A DNA stretch of 64,000 bases from positions 1 to 64,000 of the forward strand of contig CAYFJV010000001.1 of NCBI GenBank assembly GCA_964343575.1. Direction: 5' to 3'. This DNA is from an uncultured Methanosarcinales archaeon. GTDB taxonomy: Archaea; Nanobdellota; Nanobdellia; Woesearchaeales; GW2011-AR9. Under the pieces are notes generated by a model, which did not search any database, was not told where the DNA came from, and was given only the letters and a program-made list of their open reading frames with translations. Made by a program: the position numbers and the translations under genes. Below are positions 1-11,876 of the stretch, one piece after another (the stretch's first letter is position 1; each line of letters starts with the position of its first letter).

Positions 1-48
1 TACAAAAAATGGATCAAAGGGAGAAAATCATTGAATGGGATTGAGTGA
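1..48 (+). CDS. possible C-terminal tail of an ORF truncated by the window edge (YKKWIKGRKSLNGIE*)
   Basis: Frame open from base 1 to TGA at 46-48; too short to identify. Confidence 0.25.
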   Translation, partial: YKKWIKGRKSLNGIE

Positions 49-96
49 AGCGAATATCCCATCCGATTCCGGAGCTACTACGGAAAACGTAGGTTC

Positions 97-114
97 CAAA
101 TCCCGACGGGTCCA
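97..114 (+). tRNA. 3' portion of tRNA-Ala (partial; 5' part outside the window, apparently interrupted near the T-loop)
   Basis: CAAAT-CCCGA-CGGGTCC-A reads as T-loop end, T-stem 3' strand, Ala acceptor 3' strand (U70 of G3-U70) and A73. It lies just upstream of the 23S rRNA, the usual archaeal tRNA-Ala position. Confidence 0.6.
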
Positions 115-240
115 TATAACATTCATATTGATTTATCACTCTACCAATCACAATCATTTAATATATGATGTATATCCCATTAAAACTTGATGGGATATGA
201 GGTTAGTTAATTTACATTAACTTTGCTTAATTATGTTAAC

Positions 241-3139
<2,899 letters not shown>

Positions 3140-3296
3140 ACACCTATTTCTTTTTTTCTTGAGGATTGTTTGTTAAGAATTGTTTATTGTAGTGACTTTT
3201 TGTTTGATGATGAGATTTTAAGAGCTAGCGTGAGCTTTCTTTCCCTTAATTGTTTGTGGTAAACTTAAAGTAGGAGCGTTGTATTCTGCCTGGCTT

Positions 3297-3971
3297 ATGA
3301 CAAAAAAACTCTTCTGGGAAGATCCTTATTTGGATCACTGTGTTGCTCGGGTAACAGCAATTGATGGCTGCAAAGTGAAGGTTGATCAAACGGTGTTTTA
3401 TGCCTTCTCTGGTGGTCAGGAATCAGATGCTGGGACCATTGGTGGAGTTGAAGTTGTTGAGGCTGTGAAGCAAGGAGATAAAGAAGATATTATTGATATT
3501 GAGTATACGCTTGCTGAAGTTCCTAGTTTTTCTGTTGGAGATGAAGTTGAGATAAAAATTGATGCTGAGCGCCGTACCGGTTTGCGTAATTATCACAGTT
3601 TAGCACATTTGATGTATTATTTTGTGATTGCTGAGCTTGGTAAGGTTAAGATTAAAGGTTCGCATGTTTCTGCAGAGAAATGTAGAATGGATTTTGACTT
3701 TGATAGCTCTGTGAGTGAGACTCTGCCAGCAATTGCTGAAAAAATGAATGCCTTTTTGGCCCAGGGGCATGAGATTAAGTGTGTGCCTGATTCGGAGAAA
3801 GCAGATTTGCGTTGGTGGACTTGTGATGCGGGCGAATTTGGTGTGTGGAAAATGCCTTGTGGTGGAACACATGTGCGTAATACAAGTGAGTTAGCTGACT
3901 TTGGTTCTGTTCAATTGAAGCGTGTGACTAAAGGAAAAGGTCGTGAGAGAATTATTTTGAAGGTGGTTTAG
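3297..3971 (+). CDS. alaX: alanyl-tRNA editing protein AlaX (AlaXp-M type)
   Basis: MTKKLFWEDPY start, FYAFSGGQESDAG, Zn motifs HSLAH and CGGTH. Confidence 0.9.
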   Translation: MTKKLFWEDPYLDHCVARVTAIDGCKVKVDQTVFYAFSGGQESDAGTIGGVEVVEAVKQGDKEDIIDIEYTLAEVPSFSVGDEVEIKIDAERRTGLRNYHSLAHLMYYFVIAELGKVKIKGSHVSAEKCRMDFDFDSSVSETLPAIAEKMNAFLAQGHEIKCVPDSEKADLRWWTCDAGEFGVWKMPCGGTHVRNTSELADFGSVQLKRVTKGKGRERIILKVV

Positions 3972-4833
3972 TTTGATCTTTTTTTTTAACTTTTAAGTTC
4001 ATAATTTTATACGCTAACTTTGCAAGTGTGTAAGCTTCAGATTCAGCGTTTTCTTTTGGTGCAAACTCTACAATGTCTGCTCCGATAACTTCTTTCTCTT
4101 TGAAAATAATTTGTAGTGCGCTTATTACCTGGTTCCAAGTAAGTCCTCCTGGCTCTGGCGTCCCGGTGTTTCTTATAAATGATGGATCGAACGCGTCTAC
4201 GTCGATTGTTATATAGACTTTGTCTTTAAGTTGTGGAAGGAGTTGTTTTAGTTTTTCTTCGTTATGTTCCCAGCCATAGATTATGTGTAGATTGGGGTTT
4301 TGTTCTATTTGTTTTGCTTCATCTGCATCTTGGGATCGGATGCCGATTTGAAGGATTTCATGATTTTTAATTTGATTAGCAACGCAGGCATGGTTAAGTT
4401 GCGACCCATTCCAAGAATCTCTGTAGTCTGAGTGTGCATCAAATTGAATGATGGAGAAATCACTATTGTTCTCTTTGTTGTAGTGTTGTTCTAACCCTTT
4501 CACTATTCCAATAGTTACTGCATGATCTCCCCCTAGGCTGATAATGAATTTTTCTTTGTTCTGTTTTGAGATGGTCTCTTTGATTGAGTTTACCATTTCT
4601 TCTGGTGTATTGTTGTTGAGATTGAGTTGTGGAAGGAGTTGAATCCCTTTAAGAAATGCTTCTGTTTGGAATTGTTCGTCATAGTATTCTAAATGTTGGC
4701 TGGCTTCAATGATTGCTTGTGGACCTTTAGATGTTCCAGTCCCATAAGTGAGTGCTTTTTCGTAGGAGATTGGAAGGATGACAAATTTGCTTTTCTCTGT
4801 ACAGTATTCTTCTGGTAGATTCATCCAGTTCAT
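3952..4833 (-). CDS. speB: agmatinase (ureohydrolase family)
   Basis: GGDHAVT, DAHSD, TIDVDAFDPS and GTPEPGG motifs. Confidence 0.92.
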   Translation of the reverse strand: MNWMNLPEEYCTEKSKFVILPISYEKALTYGTGTSKGPQAIIEASQHLEYYDEQFQTEAFLKGIQLLPQLNLNNNTPEEMVNSIKETISKQNKEKFIISLGGDHAVTIGIVKGLEQHYNKENNSDFSIIQFDAHSDYRDSWNGSQLNHACVANQIKNHEILQIGIRSQDADEAKQIEQNPNLHIIYGWEHNEEKLKQLLPQLKDKVYITIDVDAFDPSFIRNTGTPEPGGLTWNQVISALQIIFKEKEVIGADIVEFAPKENAESEAYTLAKLAYKIMNLKVKKKDQTKPPSK

Positions 4834-4851
4834 TTTCTTTTGATCTCTTTT

Positions 4852-5934
4852 TTATTCTACAATGATTGTTTCAATCTTGTCTAAATCGCAAAATTCTGTA
4901 TGAAAGTTGTATGCTCCTGCATTAATGAAAGTTATGGTGTCTCCAACTTTTGGTTCCTTTAGATACACTCTGTATCTGAAAAGATCCATTGAACAAGGAG
5001 TTACTCCTTTTATTGCGTAAGGCTTTATTGTTTCATCTTCTTTCTCTTCTGGACTCATATCTTCTTTTTTGTATTCTTCTTTGATTTTAAGTTTGACTGG
5101 CACAATGATAGCATCAAGGTCTGAGTTATAGACAGATGCATTCAGAATAATGGTGTTGTCATGGATCCCGATAATCCTTGCTTTAAGTTCTCCTGCTGGG
5201 GCTGCAATGTATCTTCCAGGTTCAACAATGAGCTTGATGTTACTGTTGTTAAGGAAGTTCTTGAACTCTGTGATCTTTTTGAAAATGCTTGGAAGGACAT
5301 TGACATTGGTGTTAGCATAGAAACTTGGAAGTCCTCCTCCAATATTGAGATAACTGATTGTGTTGAGGGTTTCTTCGGAGAGGAGGTCTTCAATTTCGTA
5401 TTTGAGATTCCACTCTGCCATGTTCTGTGTCTTTCTATGAAAGTGGATTCCAAGTGCTTGAATTTTTTCTTTAAGTTCTGGATCATTGTTTATTCCTTGA
5501 ACATGTTTGTTTACTCTCTCTGAAGTGATCCCAAAAACATAGTATCTCTCTGTTTTGAGCGTGTTTTCTTTGAGCTTCATTCGAAGTGAGAGGATGATTT
5601 TTTCTTGGAGAGTGTTGTTTTTAAGGTAGCTTGTTAAGGTGTTGAGGTCAGTTTCATTATCTACCACAAAGTGTTTGACTCCTTGCTCTAGAAGGTCGGT
5701 AATCTCTTCGTCATTCCATGCTTGTGCCAGGAAAATCACTCTACTTTTGTCTTTGACGTGTTTGAGCTCGTTTTTGAAGTGGATGCTGAACATTGCTTTT
5801 GTGTTCTTTTCTAGGATTGGAGTGATTTGTGGGTTTGTTTTCGAGCTGTAGCTCACAATGTCACTGATACTTTGGGCTTCATTGAACTTTTCTAGTGCAA
5901 TGCTTTTCGAGATAGTGAATATTGCTGGTTTCAT
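4852..5934 (-). CDS. PLP-dependent Orn/DAP/Arg decarboxylase family protein
   Basis: YSSKTNP (PLP lysine), HFH, NIGGG, EPGR, GVTPCSMD and AGAY motifs. Confidence 0.85.
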   Translation of the reverse strand: MKPAIFTISKSIALEKFNEAQSISDIVSYSSKTNPQITPILEKNTKAMFSIHFKNELKHVKDKSRVIFLAQAWNDEEITDLLEQGVKHFVVDNETDLNTLTSYLKNNTLQEKIILSLRMKLKENTLKTERYYVFGITSERVNKHVQGINNDPELKEKIQALGIHFHRKTQNMAEWNLKYEIEDLLSEETLNTISYLNIGGGLPSFYANTNVNVLPSIFKKITEFKNFLNNSNIKLIVEPGRYIAAPAGELKARIIGIHDNTIILNASVYNSDLDAIIVPVKLKIKEEYKKEDMSPEEKEDETIKPYAIKGVTPCSMDLFRYRVYLKEPKVGDTITFINAGAYNFHTEFCDLDKIETIIVE

Positions 5935-6605
5935 GTTCTTATTAGTGCCTCTGCTTTTCCTGGGAGATAAAGCCTTCCTCCTTTTTTGAGTAGTTCCATC
6001 TCCAAACCAATTACTTCTTTGTCTTCCTGTCCAATTTGAACCCCATCATATCTTGTTGGACCAAAGTTGTCAACAACAGCATCTGCAGACCTTAGTAAGT
6101 CAGTTCTTTGTTCTAATGCTTCTCTTAAGGGAAGGTTTACCAATTCTATTCTCTTTGGATCCAAAATTCTAACTGCTCTCTCTCTTAGTTCGTGTAAGTT
6201 TTCTCTGTAAAGATCATCCTCTCCTACTGGTCCCTCAGAGACAAAATCAATTATATCAACAAGTAGTCTGTAATTTACAGGATCTATCACAACAGGTCTT
6301 TGCCCACTGGTGATTGAAGGAACTAAGTTCCCAAGTCCTGCCCCAACCTCAATTATCTTTCCTGGATTTTCTCTCTGTTTTACTATGAGGGGGTTGTACC
6401 TTGCAAGATCTCTGGCAGTTACTTTAATGGGGACACCACTAAGATTGTAGATGAAGTTAAAATGGCTCCCGTGAACCTCTCTTAAAGGTGTGAAAAGCAT
6501 TTGGTAACCTGTTCCCACAGCGACAACTGGAAAGATCTCTCTTCCACTTCCGTCATCCAAATTAACTGGAGTTCCCCTTAACCAACGAATTCTTGTTCTT
6601 CCCAT
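5931..6605 (-). CDS. orphan protein with SAM-methyltransferase-like motif I
   Basis: IIEVGAGLG, VVIDP and LLKKGGRLYL. Coupled to both flanking genes; Arg-rich and Lys-poor. Confidence 0.55.
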   Translation of the reverse strand: MGRTRIRWLRGTPVNLDDGSGREIFPVVAVGTGYQMLFTPLREVHGSHFNFIYNLSGVPIKVTARDLARYNPLIVKQRENPGKIIEVGAGLGNLVPSITSGQRPVVIDPVNYRLLVDIIDFVSEGPVGEDDLYRENLHELRERAVRILDPKRIELVNLPLREALEQRTDLLRSADAVVDNFGPTRYDGVQIGQEDKEVIGLEMELLKKGGRLYLPGKAEALIRT

Positions 6606-6607
6606 TT

Positions 6608-7543
6608 TTATCCCAGTAAACTCTCTTCTTTCAAAATTTCAAGTGCTCGTATCATTGCCAATGGGAACATAATGGTTACATCTCCATTCACTGTTGCAAT
6701 GTCACTATCGTCCTTCACCTTTCCCCATGACTTAGCTTCATTAGTGGTAGCTCCCGACATAGATCCGCTGGTTTTATGTGCAGTGGTCATGTAAACCGCA
6801 TAGTTTGCTCCTCCGTTTAGGAGGGTGCAGAGAATGGCATGGTGTTTGGAGATTGATCCCCCTAGTGCAATAACTCCTTTTTTGTCGTCGTGAGTGGTTG
6901 TGAACAAAATGTTTCCAAAGTCTGCTACTGGGTCGATAATGAAATCTTTGTGTTTTTGTTGGAATAAATAGAGGTGAAAACCAAAGGCCCCATCTGTGAT
7001 TGCTGGACAGAAAACGGGTACGTTGTTTTTTGCTGCTTGGTAGAGTATTGAGTTTGGGTCGTTTAACTTGAGTCCAATTGCTTTGAAAAGTTCACTTGGT
7101 GTCCAACGCTTTTTTTCTTCATAGAGCTCTTTAAGAGTTGGAGCAATCCAATCTTCGAATTTCATATATGATTCATTGTTGATAAGTAAGTTTCCAATCC
7201 TATTTACTCCTTTTTCATGAAGTTCTACATCATCTGCTGTAAAATTGCCTATCTTGAACTCTTCCCCTGTTGCTTTCATAATATCTTCTTCAATCCCCCC
7301 AACAGTGGTTACGATGACATTTGGAATCTTAAGCGAGATGAGCTGTGCGAAGAATCCCCTGAGACCAGAAGTTGCCATATTGCTTGTGAAAGTTAAGAAG
7401 ATTTTTGCAGAGTTCTTCTTCATTTTTACGATAACTTCTGCAGCTTTTGCTAGCTCGGTGCTTTGATAACCAATGTGATGAAATTGGCTAGTGAGTTCTT
7501 TTACTGTGATGTTTGGGGTCCATTTGAGATCTTTTACTTTCAT
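6608..7543 (-). CDS. dys: deoxyhypusine synthase (or DHS-like homospermidine synthase)
   Basis: FTSNMATSGLR, GVNRIGN, PAITDG, GGSISKHH and GSMSGA..EAKSWGKV with the catalytic Lys. Confidence 0.92.
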   Translation of the reverse strand: MKVKDLKWTPNITVKELTSQFHHIGYQSTELAKAAEVIVKMKKNSAKIFLTFTSNMATSGLRGFFAQLISLKIPNVIVTTVGGIEEDIMKATGEEFKIGNFTADDVELHEKGVNRIGNLLINNESYMKFEDWIAPTLKELYEEKKRWTPSELFKAIGLKLNDPNSILYQAAKNNVPVFCPAITDGAFGFHLYLFQQKHKDFIIDPVADFGNILFTTTHDDKKGVIALGGSISKHHAILCTLLNGGANYAVYMTTAHKTSGSMSGATTNEAKSWGKVKDDSDIATVNGDVTIMFPLAMIRALEILKEESLLG

Positions 7544-7557
7544 TTTTTCCTCCTTTC

Positions 7558-8106
7558 TTAGGATACCGAGAATGTCTCTTTTAGTTTTCTAAGGTCTTTT
7601 CTTCTTTCTTCTTGAAATTTTTCTTCTGAGTCACTTCTTAGCGTTGTTGAATCAAAGTCAAAGAGATGTGTTGTTGCATCGTACAGAGTAATATTTCTCT
7701 CGTTAAGATCTAAGCCAGAGACTCCTCTCTTGTGAATTCCTACTACAAGTTCTCTTGTTGGTTCGTATAGCTTGCTTGGTGTTGGACCATCTGGGAAGAG
7801 GGTTTCTAATGTATCTCCTGGGGTGAAAGTTTTGAGAAGTGCGGTAAACTGGTTTCTTGCTGCACCCTCGTAAAATCTTACAAGCTCTGGAGTTCTTGCT
7901 AAACCACCGAGTATTCTAAGAGTTTCTACTTCTCTTCTAATCAGTCGTTTGTTCGCTGTGACTCTCCATTTGAGGATGAGTTCCTGCCCACCTGTTCTCA
8001 CTAGACAAATTCCAAACCTTCCATGGGGATGAACATCAAATCTTTTTAGATATTCAAGGTCTGGATCAATTAGTCCCGGTATTGTTTGGGCGTAGATTTC
8101 TCTCAT
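7558..8106 (-). CDS. atypical protein-kinase-like protein (Bud32/RIO/APH-like)
   Basis: LILK..REVETL, HKRGVSGLDLNERNI (catalytic-loop-like) and LFDFD. Confidence 0.6.
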   Translation of the reverse strand: MREIYAQTIPGLIDPDLEYLKRFDVHPHGRFGICLVRTGGQELILKWRVTANKRLIRREVETLRILGGLARTPELVRFYEGAARNQFTALLKTFTPGDTLETLFPDGPTPSKLYEPTRELVVGIHKRGVSGLDLNERNITLYDATTHLFDFDSTTLRSDSEEKFQEERRKDLRKLKETFSVS

Positions 8107-8282
8107 TTTAGACAGATAAAGGTGTTTGCTGTTTGATGGAGTAATAACTAGTTTAACTAGAGAAATAATTGTACTTAGCTTCCTGATTTTCGAACGCTGT
8201 CCATCTTTAGTGACGAATTTGAGGGTATTTTTAAGGGTTTTGGATAGAAAGTTTTATTTCCTTGCCTATCTCCCTGCTTCTT

Positions 8283-8432
8283 ATGGTTTATTATAGTTCA
8301 AGAGGCGCAAGTTATTCCTCTTACGGTTCTAGTCTTTCGAGAGGCTCTTTGTATAGCCTTTGTACTGTGGGGCCAAAATGTTGCCAAAGTTTTCTCCTGG
8401 GTAGAAGGTGCATGACTTGTCCTTCACCTTAG
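8283..8432 (+). CDS. 49-aa Cys-motif microprotein (absent from ORF track)
   Basis: MVYYSSRGASYSSYGSSLSRGSLYSLCTVGPKCCQSFLLGRRCMTCPSP*; TATA-like TTTTATTT about 24 nt upstream. Confidence 0.55.
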   Translation: MVYYSSRGASYSSYGSSLSRGSLYSLCTVGPKCCQSFLLGRRCMTCPSP

Positions 8433-8553
8433 TTGTCTTTGGCTTTGATTCTTTCTGTCTTCAAGTAAAATGCAAGCTTTTAAAAAGAGAGAAGAATCCT
8501 TGGGCTTAGAATGATGATTGGGTGTTTTATCCAATTGTTGAGAGTGAAATAAA

Positions 8554-8748
8554 ATGAATGGAACAGTAAAGTTTTTCAACACCTCCAAGGGTTTTGGATT
8601 TATTACCGCTGAAGACGGTAAGGACTACTTTGTTCACTTCTCAGCTCTTCCTGAAGGAGTTACTCTTCGTGAAAACGATGCAGTTACTTTCGATGTTGAA
8701 GAAGGGGACCGTGGACCAAAGGCAGTAAATGTACAATTGAGTAACTAA
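8554..8748 (+). CDS. cspA: cold-shock protein (CSD)
   Basis: GTVKFFN..KGFGFI, FVHFSA and RGPKAVNV. Confidence 0.95.
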   Translation: MNGTVKFFNTSKGFGFITAEDGKDYFVHFSALPEGVTLRENDAVTFDVEEGDRGPKAVNVQLSN

Positions 8749-8891
8749 TAATTTTGATAATATCCTTATTCTCTTGATTATGATTACTAGTACTTAGATT
8801 TTCTTTTTTTCTTTTGTATTTTTCTTTTATGTTTGGCCTTTTGTTTTCCTAGTCGAAAAAGATATAAGGTTGGGGTCTCCCTTTCTTTTCT

Positions 8892-9188
8892 ATGAAAAAC
8901 AATTTGAAAGAATTTTATCCTTACTATTTATCTTTGCACCAGAATAAATATTGTCGTCGATTGCATTTTCTTGGGCAAATTGTCACGCTTTGGTACTTGT
9001 TCTTTGTTTTACTTATGGGTTGGTATGTTTTGCTTTTGTTTCTTCCTTTTGTTATTTATCCTTTTGCTTGGAGTGGACATTTCTTTTTTGAGAAAAATAA
9101 GCCGGCAGCCTTTTCTCAACCAATTTACAGTAAGATTTCTGATTGGATGATGTTTAGGGACATTTTGATTGGAAGAATTAAGTGGTAG
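8892..9188 (+). CDS. DUF962/Mpo1-like membrane protein
   Basis: FYPYYLSLH..CRRLHFLG..AWSGHFFFEKNKPAAF pattern. Confidence 0.85.
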   Translation: MKNNLKEFYPYYLSLHQNKYCRRLHFLGQIVTLWYLFFVLLMGWYVLLLFLPFVIYPFAWSGHFFFEKNKPAAFSQPIYSKISDWMMFRDILIGRIKW

Positions 9189-9206
9189 CTTGTTCTTTTT
9201 TTCTGT

Positions 9207-9677
9207 TTATCTTGGGATTAAGCCACTGTAGTTAAGGATGGGATGGTAGCCCCTCGGACAAGCTAATCCAAAGTGAAGCCCATCTTCTGGTTCAAAAATT
9301 CTCTCAAGTTGGTCTAAAAAAATTGGATCTTGGTATGGTTTACAGGGCCAGTGCTTTTTTCTGCTGTCCCCTTTGAGTCTTCTAAAAGTAGTGGGTATCA
9401 CACCTTGGTTCCTTTCTAAGTATTCTCTTGTCACACATAACAGGGCTAGCCTGTCTACACTTGCTCTTGAGAGCTTGACCCCTTTTAGTCCTTCAGAAAT
9501 TCTAGCTTCTTCTACAGGGGTCATGTAAAGAACACCATTTAAACCAACCCTTGTAACTCCTGGAATTGAGGGAAGTCCGAGCTCGGCTGCTCGTTCACAA
9601 CCTTTCTGAAAAAGTGTTTTTCCAAGTCTCACTGGCTTTTCAAGAAGTTCTCCATCATTGGACGTGATCCGCTTCAT
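9207..9677 (-). CDS. hypothetical protein (Arg-rich orphan)
   Basis: 156-aa ATG ORF filling the gap; no recognised motif. Confidence 0.6.
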   Translation of the reverse strand: MKRITSNDGELLEKPVRLGKTLFQKGCERAAELGLPSIPGVTRVGLNGVLYMTPVEEARISEGLKGVKLSRASVDRLALLCVTREYLERNQGVIPTTFRRLKGDSRKKHWPCKPYQDPIFLDQLERIFEPEDGLHFGLACPRGYHPILNYSGLIPR

Positions 9678-9795
9678 AATGTTTTTTTTTCTTTTATATT
9701 TTTAATCTTTTTCGTATTTTTTAGTATTTTGTGTTTTTTATGTTTATATTTCCATTTTCTTGGTCTTCTTGGTGCTGATCTTTGTAACCGTAATC

Positions 9796-9818
9796 TTTAT
9801 AAATTAACTATAGTTAAT
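9796..9818 (+). promoter_or_regulatory. TATA box plus perfect 16-bp palindrome (candidate operator of the Fe-S operon)
   Basis: TTTATAAA (9796-9803) runs into ATTAACTATAGTTAAT (9803-9818), which is self-complementary. Confidence 0.65.
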
Positions 9819-9835
9819 CTTGTTTGGTGAGAGAA

Positions 9836-10000
9836 ATGTCTGGTCCATTAGTCTCAAAAGAAGTTGTTGCTCGAAAAAAGCAAGGGAATGGGAGTAAAGG
9901 CGCTAAGAAGAAAAAAGACCCCTTTACTGATCTGATTGATGATCTTGACTGCTATGATGAAGGTTGTGATCCTCGAACGCTTATGGATTCAGGAGAATAG
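9836..10000 (+). CDS. 54-aa microprotein, first gene of the Fe-S operon (absent from ORF track)
   Basis: GGTGA SD upstream; MSGPLVSKEVVARKKQGNGSKGAKKKKDPFTDLIDDLDCYDEGCDPRTLMDSGE*. Confidence 0.6.
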   Translation: MSGPLVSKEVVARKKQGNGSKGAKKKKDPFTDLIDDLDCYDEGCDPRTLMDSGE

Positions 10001-10032
10001 TTGTTTGGTGAGATGTTTTTGAGGAAATTGTT

Positions 10033-10170
10033 ATGGATATCCAAGAAGAGTTGGCATCTGCTAAGCAAAAAGCTATGAAAACTACTTGTTGTAAATCTTA
10101 CCAACTTCCAAAAGGAAGATGTTTTGATTGTGTTGAAAGGGCCTTGGTTGAAGAAAGAGTTGTTGAATAA
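10033..10170 (+). CDS. 45-aa microprotein with FhuF-like CC-x9-CxxC motif (absent from ORF track)
   Basis: GAGG SD; MDIQEELASAKQKAMKTTCCKSYQLPKGRCFDCVERALVEERVVE*; stop lies 1 nt before the next ATG. Confidence 0.7.
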   Translation: MDIQEELASAKQKAMKTTCCKSYQLPKGRCFDCVERALVEERVVE

Positions 10171-10171
10171 A

Positions 10172-10558
10172 ATGAAAAAAATACTATTCCCACAAGAGTT
10201 TGATACTTGGTATGTGCTTCCTGCTATTCGTAAGAAGCTTGCGCTTAAATTACTTGAGATGGGAATGACCCAAAAAGCGGTGGCTGAGACTTTACAGACA
10301 AGTGCTGCAACTATTACTCACTATAAAAAGGATAAACGGGTGAAAGAAGATGTACTCGGAGCCGAAGTTGATCCTTTGATCACAGAAGCTGCTGGGAGAA
10401 TTAAGAAAGACTCACATTTGTTGGTTCCTGAAGTCGTGCGAATTAATGCTGCTGTTAAAGAAAAAGGCTTGTTTTGTAAGATGTATCAAGATAAAGTGGT
10501 ACATGAAGCAACTCCTTGCAATAGTTGTGTGAAATGTGAAGAAAATTATTGTTATTAA
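10172..10558 (+). CDS. archaeal HTH transcriptional regulator (COG2522-like) with Cys-rich C-terminus
   Basis: PQE..WYVLPAIRKKLA..GMTQKAVAETLQTSAATITHY; C-terminal FC..PCNSCVKCEENYC. Confidence 0.8.
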   Translation: MKKILFPQEFDTWYVLPAIRKKLALKLLEMGMTQKAVAETLQTSAATITHYKKDKRVKEDVLGAEVDPLITEAAGRIKKDSHLLVPEVVRINAAVKEKGLFCKMYQDKVVHEATPCNSCVKCEENYCY

Positions 10559-10592
10559 TTTTGTTCATTATTAATTATTAGAGAAAGTGAAA

Positions 10593-11876
10593 ATGGAGAA
10601 CACAAATCAAGAAAAAACTAAACGAGAATTGTACTTTGATCATGCTGCAACCACCTACGTAGACCCGAGGGTGAAGGAAGCAATGGATCCTTACTTTAGT
10701 ATAGAGTATGGGAATCCGGGTAGTTTTAACACTGTCGGAATGCGTATTAAAGAAATACTTAAACAGTGTCGTGAGAGTGTGGCTGGTTTGATTAACGCAA
10801 GGCCACGAGAAGTTGTTTTTACTGGGAGTGGAACTGAAAGTATTAACCTTGCAATCCAAGGGGTTGCACGAGCTTTGCGTGGTAAGGGAAAACATATTAT
10901 TACTTCTGAAGCTGAACATCACGCAGTTTTGCATACTTGTGAGTATTTAGAGCAAGAAGAAGGATTTTCTGTAACTTATTTAAAACCAGATCAATTTGGA
11001 ATGATTAGTGCAGAGCAAGTTCGTGGGGCCCTTCGTGAGGATACTATTCTTTTGAGTATTATGTATGCTAACAATGAAGTTGGTACCATTAATCCGATTG
11101 CTGAAATTGCTGCTCTCTGTAAAGAAGCAAAAGTTTTGATGCACACCGATGCTTGTCAAGCAGGAGGCATTCTTGATGTTGATGTCAAAAAACTTGGTGT
11201 AAATTTGATGACCCTTAATGGAAGCAAAATCTATGGGCCAAAGGGAACTGGAATGCTTTTTGTCAAGCTTGGGACCAAAATTAAGCCATTGCTACTTGGT
11301 GGAGGACAAGAGTTTGGTTTGCGCAGTGGAACTGAGAATGTTCCTGGCATTGTTGGTTTTGCTAAGGCGCTTGAGCTTGCTCAAGCGGAGCGAGAGAGTG
11401 AAGCTGCTCGTTTGACTGAGCTTCGTGATTATTTTGTTGACGCTATTTTGAAGAAGGTACCTGATGCTGTACTTAACGGACACCCAAGTGCTCGTCTTCC
11501 TAATAATGCTAATATCAGTTTTTTGAACATTGAAGGAGAAGCTTTGTTGCTTTATTTGAATGAACAAGGAGTTTGTGCATCTAGCGGTAGTGCTTGCACT
11601 TCTAAGACGCTTGATCCAAGTCATGTGCTTATTTCTATGGGAACTCCTTATGAACTAGCCCATGGAAGTTTGCGTTTCACTTTTGGGAAAAGGACGACTC
11701 GCAGTGATGTTGATAAGGTGCTTGAGATACTCCCAGGTATTGTACAGATTTTGAGAGCGATTTCTCCTTTTAACCAAAGGATTGAAGAGTTTGTTCAAGA
11801 AGGAAGTGGACAAAAGAAGAGCGAGGTTGCTTACAATGCAAGCTTTAGCACTAGTGAGGGGGTGCAAAAACAATGA
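10593..11876 (+). CDS. iscS: cysteine desulfurase IscS/NifS
   Basis: YFDHAATT, FTGSGTES, NNEVG, HTDACQ, GSKIYGPKG and SSGSACTS. Confidence 0.95.
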   Translation: MENTNQEKTKRELYFDHAATTYVDPRVKEAMDPYFSIEYGNPGSFNTVGMRIKEILKQCRESVAGLINARPREVVFTGSGTESINLAIQGVARALRGKGKHIITSEAEHHAVLHTCEYLEQEEGFSVTYLKPDQFGMISAEQVRGALREDTILLSIMYANNEVGTINPIAEIAALCKEAKVLMHTDACQAGGILDVDVKKLGVNLMTLNGSKIYGPKGTGMLFVKLGTKIKPLLLGGGQEFGLRSGTENVPGIVGFAKALELAQAERESEAARLTELRDYFVDAILKKVPDAVLNGHPSARLPNNANISFLNIEGEALLLYLNEQGVCASSGSACTSKTLDPSHVLISMGTPYELAHGSLRFTFGKRTTRSDVDKVLEILPGIVQILRAISPFNQRIEEFVQEGSGQKKSEVAYNASFSTSEGVQKQ

